A DNA stretch of 64,000 nt from Pseudomonadota bacterium. GTDB lineage: Bacteria > Pseudomonadota > Alphaproteobacteria > UBA1280 > JAAZVW01. The stretch lies in the NCBI GenBank assembly GCA_018623135.1, contig JAAZVW010000003.1, positions 977 to 64,976 of the forward strand. Reading direction: 5' to 3'. Made by a program: the position numbers and the translations under genes. Below the pieces are notes generated by a model. The model was not told the origin of the DNA. It searched no databases and saw only the letters and a program-made list of their open reading frames with translations. Of this stretch, positions 28,138 through 36,069 are shown piece after piece (the first letter of the stretch is position 1; every line of letters starts with the position of its first letter).

Positions 28138-28311
28138 ATGACTGACTTAACCGTATCTCGAGAAGAGGTTGACGCATACGTTGCCCGCCGCAAGGCTGAG
28201 CAGGAGCGTCTCGAAAAACAGAAAAAGCAAGAAGATGCAACCAAGGCCAACCAACAGCAGTTGGAACAGCAGGCAAAAAGCTTCAACGCTTTTTTCTCAC
28301 ATAAGCGATAA
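28138..28311 (+). CDS. Small coiled-coil protein (57 aa)
   Basis: ATG at 28138 is preceded by a strong AAGGAGG Shine-Dalgarno (28127-28133). The sequence is MTDLTVSREEVDAYVARRKAEQERLEKQKKQEDATKANQQQLEQQAKSFNAFFSHKR. The track's longer ORF (from 28054) overlaps the upstream gene and is less likely. Confidence 0.45.
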   Translation: MTDLTVSREEVDAYVARRKAEQERLEKQKKQEDATKANQQQLEQQAKSFNAFFSHKR

Positions 28312-28315
28312 AATT

Positions 28316-28348
28316 AAAAAGCCAGCAGATTTCTGCTGGCTTCTTTTT
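28316..28348. terminator. Intrinsic terminator (usable in both directions) between convergent genes
   Basis: 8-bp stem gccagcag/ctgctggc (28321-28328 and 28333-28340) with an A-run upstream and ttcttttt downstream. Confidence 0.8.
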
Positions 28349-28351
28349 GTG

Positions 28352-28621
28352 CTACAAGCGCCCAAGTTGCGCATGTTTTGCATGGGGTAGGTGGCTTACA
28401 TCACCACACCATCTGCGCATGCTATCTAAAATACTTTGCAGTTCATCTTCTGTATAAGTTGTATGGATTTTGTAAAGAGGTTCTGGGTACTGCACAGCAA
28501 TTTCATCTAGAACCTGTGCATGCAAACCGCTTGGGTACATGCGTGTTGCCACAAGTTCTTCACCTGTTTTGGTGTTCTGAATAAAAATAATATAGCGTTC
28601 ACGGATTTGTAAGCGCGGCAT
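28352..28621 (-). CDS. Hypothetical protein
   Basis: 89-aa ORF with no recognisable motif. Located downstream of the RND operon terminator. Confidence 0.4.
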   Translation of the reverse strand: MPRLQIRERYIIFIQNTKTGEELVATRMYPSGLHAQVLDEIAVQYPEPLYKIHTTYTEDELQSILDSMRRWCGDVSHLPHAKHAQLGRL

Positions 28622-28689
28622 GCTTTTACCCCTTTATTAATATTGTATTCATTTATTTTATACCTATCGGTAACGGCTGTCAAATAAGC

Positions 28690-28724
28690 AAAGCCCTCTA
28701 TCTATTCAGGAGTAGAGGGCTTTG
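28690..28724 (-). terminator. Hairpin downstream of the RND transporter gene
   Basis: 8-bp stem gccctcta/tagagggc (28693-28700 and 28713-28720) with a 12-nt loop and a weak T-tract on the minus strand. Confidence 0.5.
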
Positions 28725-28740
28725 TTGTTGCATTGTATCA

Positions 28741-31700
28741 CTATTGTTGTTTGGCTTGCTTACGTTCTTGCTTAAGCTGATTACGCGCAATCATACAAGG
28801 CGTTACAATAAGTGTAAGTACGGTAGCAAAGGCAAGGCCAAAAGCAATTGAGCTTGCAAGCTGGTCCCACCATTGTGTCGAAGGTGCGTTGTACTGAACA
28901 CCTCTGTTAATCAGGTCAATATTAAGCTTAAGTGCCATAGGCATAAGGCCAACAATTGTTGTAAAAGCGGTCAACACCACAGGGCGTAAACGTAAACGAC
29001 CTGTTTCAATCAGCGCCTCTTTCCACGGCATGGTTTTAACAAGCTTATTAAAGGTATCAATAAGTACAATGTTATTGTTTACGACAATACCTGCAAGGGC
29101 AATAATTCCTAAACCACTCATTACAATACCAAAAGGTTTACCCATAACCATATGGCCAATAAGTACACCTGCGGTAGAAAGCACAATGGCAGAAAGAATA
29201 ATACCTGCTTGGTAAAAACGGTCAAATTGCATCACCAAAATAAGGAACATAGAACCCACTGTAATTAAAAAGGCTACCCCCAAAAAGTCTTGTGTTTCTT
29301 TTTGGTCTTCATCTTGGCCTTCAAAACTTACCATAATACCATCTGGTAGTTCTTTATCTTTGAGGCGTGTTTTAAGCTCTTTAATCACATCAGCCGCAAG
29401 CACACCTTTTTTAACATCCGCTTCTAAGGTAACAGTTGTTTTACGGTCAATACGCGTAATGGCTGTGACTTTAGGTTCTGCTTTGCGTTCCATAAAATGA
29501 CTAATCGGAATATTACCTTGGCTTGTGGAAACAACTAAGTCATCAATAGCAGAAATAGAGCGCTTTTGTTCTGCAAAACGTGCGGTAATATCCCACTCGT
29601 CGTTAGAATCATCAGGCCTATATGTACCCACAATAACACCCGTTGTTGCCATACGAATGGCAGCGCCAACTTCAGCTAAAGAGGCACCCGATTTTGTTGC
29701 TTCATCACGGTTAATATCCATAGACCACTGAATACCTGGCTCAGGTAAAGAATCATCTACACCTGTTGTACCAGGGATGGATTCTAATTCTTTACGTAAA
29801 GCAATAACAACAGGCGTTATTTCTTCATAAGTTGGTCCTGAGATGTTAAGCGCAATAGGTTTACCCTGAGAAGGCCCTTCTTTTTCTTCCGAAACTTCAA
29901 CCTGTACACCATAAATATCGGCTGTGCGCTGTTCTATTTCATCTAACACATCAAAAACGGAGCGATCACGCACTTCCCAATCGTGGAATTCAAGAGTAAA
30001 GCGACCAATCACATCATCAGGTGCACCACGGTTTGTAGAACCTGCATTGGCATAAAATATTTTAACTTCAGGTATGTCTAAAATACGTTTTTCAACTTCT
30101 GCAGTAATTTTATCTTTTTCGTAAATAGAAAGATCACCAAGCGCATGGATTTTAATTTCAGCGCGCTCAGGTTCAATACGTGGGAAGAATTCAACCCCTT
30201 TACTAAATATACTAAAAGTAAATACTGTTAACACAAAAGCGGCAATTGTTGTCAGTAATACTTTACCTGGTACTTCAAGGAGCTTTGTAAGTAAATCCGT
30301 ATATTTTTTAGTTATTTTAGCGCCAGTATCTCCCACATGAGGCGATGCTTTACCAATTTTAGCCCCTAAAGCTGGCATAAAAATAACAGCCATAATAAAG
30401 GAACCCGTAAGCGTCGCAATGAGGGTAATAGGCATAAATTTCATAAACTCACCCATAACCCCCGGCCAAAAGAGCAATGGAACAAAGGCAGCTAGCGTTG
30501 TTGCTGTAGAAGCCGCAATCGGCCATGCCATGTATTTAGCAGCTTCTAGGTAAGCTTCTTTTCTATCCATACCGTCTTCTTGCATATGTTTATCTGCAAG
30601 TTCGGTTACAACAATAGCACCATCAACGAGCATCCCCACAGAAAGGATTAAAGCGAATAATACGACAATATTAGTTGTATAGCCCATTGCATAAAGGCTA
30701 ATAATCCCAAGTAAAAAAGCACCAGGAATTGACATCGCCACAAGTAAAGATGTACGACGTCCTAAAGATGCTAAAATAACAATCATCACCAAAATAACAG
30801 AAATGAGTACGTTGTTTTCGAGATCCGTTAACATATCACGAATCTGAATAGATTCATCAGATGTATAACTAATAGACAAGTTTTCAGGAAATAGCGGACG
30901 TGCACGATCAATAATCGCCTTTACCTGATCCACCGTATCAATCACGTTTTCACCAATACGCTTTTTCACATCAATAGTTACAGCAGGCTCACCGTTGACA
31001 CGTGTAATGGTTACAGGGTCTTTAAAGGTAAGGCTTACCGTACCAATGTCACGCATTTTAATACTGCGTGTGCCGTCTGAATAAATTGGTAGATTATAAA
31101 TTTCTTCTGCAGATTTAAAAAGACCTGGCACTTTTACAGCGTAACGCCCCGCAGGCATTTCAAGAGCCCCCGCTGCCACAAGTAAGTTATTACGACTTAC
31201 CGCATCAATAAGTGTTTGCTGTGTTAAGTTGTAAGATTCTAATTTTGCACGATCAATTTCAATAATCACCTGCGCTTCACGGGTACCGTAAATTTCAGTT
31301 TCAAGTACACCCGTAATGGTTTCGATTTCGTCTTGTAAATCTTCTGCAATTTTTTTCAAAGTACGCTCAGGTAAGTCACCAGAAAGAATCACCGTTAAAA
31401 TCGGGAATGTCGCAATATTAATTTCCGTAACTGTTGGCTCGTCTGCCTCAGTTGGTAATTCCGCTTTGGCCATATCAACTTTTTCGCGTACATCGGTAAT
31501 AGCTTGGTCGTTATCAAGCCCTGCATCAAATTCAAGCTGAATAGAAGCACCGCCTTCGTAGGCATTGGCTGTCATGGTGTCTAAGCCATCTAAGGCTTTA
31601 AGTTCAGTTTCGAGCGGTTTAATAAGTAAGTTTACAGCATCTTCAGGTGAGATCCCCTCATGGTGCACACTTACGTAAGCCACAGGAATTGGGATATCAG

Positions 31701-31815
31701 GGCTAGATTCTTTCGGAATAGCAGAATAAGAAATAATCCCCGCTACAAAAATAAAAACCAGTAATAAAAAGGTGGTTCTAAAGCGTTCAATAGCGGCAGA
31801 AATAAGAGCATTCAT
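28741..31815 (-). CDS. RND efflux transporter, AcrB/HAE family inner-membrane subunit
   Basis: 1024 aa with 12-TM pseudo-repeat architecture and two large periplasmic loops. AcrB-like N-terminus (AIERFRTTFLLLVFIFVAGIISY). Confidence 0.9.
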   Translation of the reverse strand: MNALISAAIERFRTTFLLLVFIFVAGIISYSAIPKESSPDIPIPVAYVSVHHEGISPEDAVNLLIKPLETELKALDGLDTMTANAYEGGASIQLEFDAGLDNDQAITDVREKVDMAKAELPTEADEPTVTEINIATFPILTVILSGDLPERTLKKIAEDLQDEIETITGVLETEIYGTREAQVIIEIDRAKLESYNLTQQTLIDAVSRNNLLVAAGALEMPAGRYAVKVPGLFKSAEEIYNLPIYSDGTRSIKMRDIGTVSLTFKDPVTITRVNGEPAVTIDVKKRIGENVIDTVDQVKAIIDRARPLFPENLSISYTSDESIQIRDMLTDLENNVLISVILVMIVILASLGRRTSLLVAMSIPGAFLLGIISLYAMGYTTNIVVLFALILSVGMLVDGAIVVTELADKHMQEDGMDRKEAYLEAAKYMAWPIAASTATTLAAFVPLLFWPGVMGEFMKFMPITLIATLTGSFIMAVIFMPALGAKIGKASPHVGDTGAKITKKYTDLLTKLLEVPGKVLLTTIAAFVLTVFTFSIFSKGVEFFPRIEPERAEIKIHALGDLSIYEKDKITAEVEKRILDIPEVKIFYANAGSTNRGAPDDVIGRFTLEFHDWEVRDRSVFDVLDEIEQRTADIYGVQVEVSEEKEGPSQGKPIALNISGPTYEEITPVVIALRKELESIPGTTGVDDSLPEPGIQWSMDINRDEATKSGASLAEVGAAIRMATTGVIVGTYRPDDSNDEWDITARFAEQKRSISAIDDLVVSTSQGNIPISHFMERKAEPKVTAITRIDRKTTVTLEADVKKGVLAADVIKELKTRLKDKELPDGIMVSFEGQDEDQKETQDFLGVAFLITVGSMFLILVMQFDRFYQAGIILSAIVLSTAGVLIGHMVMGKPFGIVMSGLGIIALAGIVVNNNIVLIDTFNKLVKTMPWKEALIETGRLRLRPVVLTAFTTIVGLMPMALKLNIDLINRGVQYNAPSTQWWDQLASSIAFGLAFATVLTLIVTPCMIARNQLKQERKQAKQQ

Positions 31816-31822
31816 CTAAAAT

Positions 31823-32938
31823 CTACTCCTTATTTTCTTCTGATTGTTCGTACATTTTTTCTTCATCTTCCTGAACAATATCTGTACGAATCATACCACC
31901 ATCAACAACATAAGATTGCCCCAATGTAATCAAATGCACTTTCTCATCAAGACCACGCACCCAAATACCTTCACGGTCATCTGTAATGTAGTCAATTTCT
32001 ACAAATTTAGCTTTGTTACCTTCGGCAATCATAACACCCATGTGCCCGTCATTATTTAAAACAAGGCTAGAGTGCGGAATATAGTGCGCCTGTTCAGTTG
32101 GTGTAGGTACTTTTAGGGTTGCAGTCATACCACTTGGTACAAACTGGCCCTCATCAACAAGCATTTCTACAGGGAATGTTTTTGTTTTTTCATCAGCTTC
32201 CGATGCTAAAAATTGAATCACACCCGTTACTTCTTTGCCGTTAATAAGTTTTGCCGTTGCTTTTTGCCCTACAGCAACAAGGTCTCTTTTTTGTTGAGAA
32301 ATATAACCCACAATTAAAAAGCGATTTGTACCCATAACACGCACTAAAGCTTGCTGAGGTGCCACATAATCACCTTCATCTATTGTTACATCTTGTACAA
32401 TGCCAGAAATAGAACTGCGTAGAGTTGATTTCTCGTAAGCTTCACGTGCTTCAGCGTAAGAGGCGCGGGCCTCAGCAAGATTTGCCTCTTCTGTTGCTAA
32501 TGCTGTAGATGATTTAAAGCCTTTTTTGTTTAACGAAACTGCCGCTTTTTGCAAAGCAAGTGCTTCATCTAATTTGGCTTTAGCTTCTTGCATCTTTTCT
32601 TTACGTGTACGTAAGTCAATGGTTAAAAGCGCTTGGCCTTTTTTAACAGTATCACCGTTTGTGACATAAATTTTTGTAATTGTGCCATCTACCTCAGCGG
32701 CAATGTTCGCTGCTGTATCAGCTTTTGTTGTGCCGATAATATCAATATATCTTGTAAACTCTTGTGCATCAGATGCGACTGCGCGCACTTTAACTGCAAC
32801 TTGTTTGCTTTGCGTTTCTGGTAAGCTTGGCGCAGGGGAAAATATACCAGTAAGCATCCATAAAACAACAATGCCCATCACAATAACTGCAAGTCTCAGG
32901 TTTGCGGGTAGGCTTTTAAACTTTCTAAGTAGAGGCAT
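31823..32938 (-). CDS. RND efflux periplasmic adaptor (membrane fusion protein)
   Basis: 371 aa with an N-terminal anchor, biotinyl-lipoyl-like GTITKIYVTNGDTVKKGQALLTID, a coiled-coil hairpin and a beta-barrel region. It lies 7 nt upstream of the RND gene. Confidence 0.85.
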   Translation of the reverse strand: MPLLRKFKSLPANLRLAVIVMGIVVLWMLTGIFSPAPSLPETQSKQVAVKVRAVASDAQEFTRYIDIIGTTKADTAANIAAEVDGTITKIYVTNGDTVKKGQALLTIDLRTRKEKMQEAKAKLDEALALQKAAVSLNKKGFKSSTALATEEANLAEARASYAEAREAYEKSTLRSSISGIVQDVTIDEGDYVAPQQALVRVMGTNRFLIVGYISQQKRDLVAVGQKATAKLINGKEVTGVIQFLASEADEKTKTFPVEMLVDEGQFVPSGMTATLKVPTPTEQAHYIPHSSLVLNNDGHMGVMIAEGNKAKFVEIDYITDDREGIWVRGLDEKVHLITLGQSYVVDGGMIRTDIVQEDEEKMYEQSEENKE

Positions 32939-33019
32939 CGTTTTTTAGGTCCTTATTTTAACAGTGTTGTTATCTACTATTTATTGTTATGATGATTAAT
33001 CTAACAAAAAACGAGACTC

Positions 33020-33718
33020 ATGAGTATGAAAATGCGATATTTTACACTTTTTTTTATTATTACAGAAATAATTTTGCTCAGTTTAACATCTTGGCAATTC
33101 TTGCGCCATCAAGAAAAACAGCACCTAGAGCAACAAATGAACTCCCGATTGGCAAAACCAGCGGTTGATTGGCAACAGGTAGATCTATCACAAAGTTTCT
33201 ATCATACAAAGCTTGAAGGCTCTTTTGACCATAGCCGCTCTCAGCTTGTGGCGCATCAGCGTTTGGGGGCGCAAAACGGGTTCAGGCTTTTCACGCCATA
33301 TCTGTTGAAAGATCATAAAACAGAAGTGATTGTAGACCGTGGTTTTGTACCTATGCAAAAACTGACAGAATCTCTTATGGAAAGCTTAAAACCTTATCCT
33401 TCTTTACAATCACAGCCGTTATTAGCCGTGGTTAAATATTATCAGCCTAAACAGAGCTTTTTTAAAGCACCAGATATCTTTAAAAGAGATGAGCTCATGG
33501 TGCAAATGAAAGCAGACCCAAGCCAAATTAAGCAAAAAAAAGGTATAAATAGGCTTAAGTTTTATGTTCAGCTAGATTACCCAACAGCAGATAATCTTAT
33601 CGCATCGGTTACACCGCCAAGGGCGCAAATACCGCATTTGCAATATGCGCTTACTTGGTTAAGCCTCTTTGTTCTTATTGGGGCGCTTTATTTTGCTTTA
33701 CGACGGAGCAAAGCATAA
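33020..33718 (+). CDS. SURF1-family cytochrome oxidase assembly protein
   Basis: 232 aa with LTSWQFLRHQEKQHL, VDRGFVP and HLQYALTWLSLFV, which are SURF1 hallmarks, and two TM segments at the termini. Confidence 0.85.
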   Translation: MSMKMRYFTLFFIITEIILLSLTSWQFLRHQEKQHLEQQMNSRLAKPAVDWQQVDLSQSFYHTKLEGSFDHSRSQLVAHQRLGAQNGFRLFTPYLLKDHKTEVIVDRGFVPMQKLTESLMESLKPYPSLQSQPLLAVVKYYQPKQSFFKAPDIFKRDELMVQMKADPSQIKQKKGINRLKFYVQLDYPTADNLIASVTPPRAQIPHLQYALTWLSLFVLIGALYFALRRSKA

Positions 33719-35229
33719 AGGTTAAGGACTTTAAAAAAGTGTAAGCTTGCTAAAAAGCCAGCACCAGCAATGGCCATTGTTATCATAAGCCAAATAAGTC
33801 GTGGCATTTTATCTTCAGGATAAAAATAATGGGCAATAAGTACGGTAAAGAGTACCCAAAGTGCGCAAATAAAGGCAATGCTGTTCTTTTTCATAAAATG
33901 TTTAAAGCTTAATTCTTGCAAATAGTTTTTGTGCTTAAGGACATATAATTGCGCCATAAGGTTTGCCCAAGCAGCAATGGCTGTTGCTAAAGCAAGGCCT
34001 GCATGTGCTAAAGGGCCAATAAGAATAAAGTTAAAACTAATATTAACAAGAACCGAAAAAATACCAAATTTAACAGGTGTTTTTGTGTCTCCAGAAGCGT
34101 AGAACACTGTCGTTGTGACTTTTAGTAAAATAAAAGCAGGTAAACCTAAGGCAAACATTTGCAAAGCTTTAGCGGCTTCTGTACCCGCTTGGGGGCTAAA
34201 TTCACCACGTACAAATAAAATATGCATTAAGGGTTCTGCTAAAACAGCAAGGGCGGCCGCAGCTGCAAAACCAATGGAAAGACTTCCGCTAAAGGCCTGT
34301 GTAAAACTTTCTGCACCCTGTTTGTGGTCATCTTTACTTAACGCGTGGCTTAAGTGAGGTAAAAGAGCAGTACCAATAGCAATACCAATAAGCCCTAATG
34401 GCAGTTGGTTTAACCTGTCTGCATAATAAAGGTACGAAATAGCACCTGTCGCAAGTGTGGAGGCAAGTAGTGTATCAATTAAAATATTAATTTGCTGTGC
34501 GCCAACACCTACCATGGCAGGGCCCATGCGTTTAAGCAATAAACCAATGCTAGGGTGTGAAATGTTTTTGGCAAAACGCAATCTAAATCCAGATCGTTTT
34601 AATGCAAAAAACATTAAAATAAGTTGCGCTAAACCTGCAAGCGGTACGGCATAGCTTATTAAATATTCAGTAGGTATATCAATATATAAAGAAGAACATA
34701 AGCTTAAAATAAATATTAAATTAAGTAGTGTAGGCGCCGCCGCGGCGGCTGCAAAAAAGCGCAACGAGTTTAAAATACTGCCACAAAAACTCACAAACGT
34801 AATAAACATTAAGTAAGGAAATGTAATACGCGCCAAAGCAACGGTTAGCTCAAATTGTGCCTGCGCAAAACCAGGGGCGAGCATTTTAATAAGGTAAGGC
34901 ATAAAAATTTCTGCAAGTAGAGTTACGCCTAACAGCGTCAAGAAAAGTGCAACAAAAGTTTTACCTGCAAACAGCTCTGTTTCTTTTTGTCCATCGTTAT
35001 TAAGATGCTTGCTTAGTAGCGGCACAAAAACCACATGAAAAGCACCTTCAGCAAAGATGGAGCGAAACATATTCGGGAATCTAAAAGCGACAAAAAAGGC
35101 TTCAGCAGCGGCAGATGCCCCTAAAAATCGTGCAATTAAAAGATCACGCACAAAGCCAAGCAGACGGGAGCAAAGCGTAAAAAAACTAACAGTCACAGAT
35201 GATTTAAGTAAAGACACGTTACGCGGCAC
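33688..35229 (-). CDS. murJ: Lipid II flippase MurJ
   Basis: 513 aa with N-terminal LLKSSVTVSFFTLCSRLLGFVRDLLIARFLGAS and a 14-TM pattern. Confidence 0.9.
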   Translation of the reverse strand: MPRNVSLLKSSVTVSFFTLCSRLLGFVRDLLIARFLGASAAAEAFFVAFRFPNMFRSIFAEGAFHVVFVPLLSKHLNNDGQKETELFAGKTFVALFLTLLGVTLLAEIFMPYLIKMLAPGFAQAQFELTVALARITFPYLMFITFVSFCGSILNSLRFFAAAAAAPTLLNLIFILSLCSSLYIDIPTEYLISYAVPLAGLAQLILMFFALKRSGFRLRFAKNISHPSIGLLLKRMGPAMVGVGAQQINILIDTLLASTLATGAISYLYYADRLNQLPLGLIGIAIGTALLPHLSHALSKDDHKQGAESFTQAFSGSLSIGFAAAAALAVLAEPLMHILFVRGEFSPQAGTEAAKALQMFALGLPAFILLKVTTTVFYASGDTKTPVKFGIFSVLVNISFNFILIGPLAHAGLALATAIAAWANLMAQLYVLKHKNYLQELSFKHFMKKNSIAFICALWVLFTVLIAHYFYPEDKMPRLIWLMITMAIAGAGFLASLHFFKVLNLYALLRRKAK

Positions 35230-35246
35230 TCTCTTTTGTTGTTATG

Positions 35247-36065
35247 TTATTTTTTACATATATATTCTTGTAAAGCAGGCATATTCACAAGCTCATCAAT
35301 AAGATTATTGGTAGCTGTATTTTCAGTATCTGCAGAGTCTAAATGAATATCTTTTTCAAGTTTTTGCCCACATTGAACCAACTGCTCATCATAGCCAAAA
35401 GCCTTAGCCAGGCGCCTTCTAAATAGCAGTTCATTTTCTGGTCCTGCGCCTAAAATATGCTTAATGCCCGAGGCATTTTCTATAATAAGCTTGCTTAATT
35501 CTAGGCTAAAATCATCTATGGAGATATGATTTTGTGTTAAATTATCAGGGAAATAAAGTGCCTCACCAGCTTGTAGATAACTTAAAAAGTCAGTTGTTCT
35601 GGTATTTTTGTGTGGTGCAACACCATGGCAAGAACCTGTACGCACCAATAAATGACCCGCTTTTGTGTTTAACAGTTTTTCGCAAGAGGCTTTAAATTGC
35701 CCGTAACGAGATTTAGCCTTTGCCTCTGCTTTTTCTGTTTTGTCGGCACTGCGCTCTAAGCTTGCAGCGGTCGAAACATACACATATTTAAAAGCACCTT
35801 CATCAGCACTTTTGCAAAGCTGTGCATGTAGCCTAAAGGCATCGTCTGTTAAACCTTCTAATGCATTTACAACAACATCAGGCTGCCAAATTTTTATAAA
35901 TTTATATAAAGGTTCAGGCATCATTTGGTTAAATTGCACACCTTTAACGGGGTGCGGAGGCATGGTATGGCACCATGAACCTGCAACATCCACACCTTTT
36001 GTTTGTAAGCGTGTGTGCAAGCTACTGCCAATCCAACCACTAATGCCTAAAATAAGTACCTTCAT
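35247..36065 (-). CDS. NAD(P)-binding sugar-nucleotide epimerase/reductase-like protein (RmlD-substrate-binding-like)
   Basis: 272 aa. MKVLILGISGWIGSSL gives a Rossmann GxxGxxG. The product is otherwise uncertain. Confidence 0.5.
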   Translation of the reverse strand: MKVLILGISGWIGSSLHTRLQTKGVDVAGSWCHTMPPHPVKGVQFNQMMPEPLYKFIKIWQPDVVVNALEGLTDDAFRLHAQLCKSADEGAFKYVYVSTAASLERSADKTEKAEAKAKSRYGQFKASCEKLLNTKAGHLLVRTGSCHGVAPHKNTRTTDFLSYLQAGEALYFPDNLTQNHISIDDFSLELSKLIIENASGIKHILGAGPENELLFRRRLAKAFGYDEQLVQCGQKLEKDIHLDSADTENTATNNLIDELVNMPALQEYICKK

Positions 36066-36069
36066 AATG

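Noticed and set aside
27539-28286. Minus-strand ORFs 27539-27754 and 27939-28286
   Set aside because: They are antisense to the signal-peptide protein and to the strong-Shine-Dalgarno small ORF. Their Cys/Ser/Phe-rich composition is typical of shadow frames.
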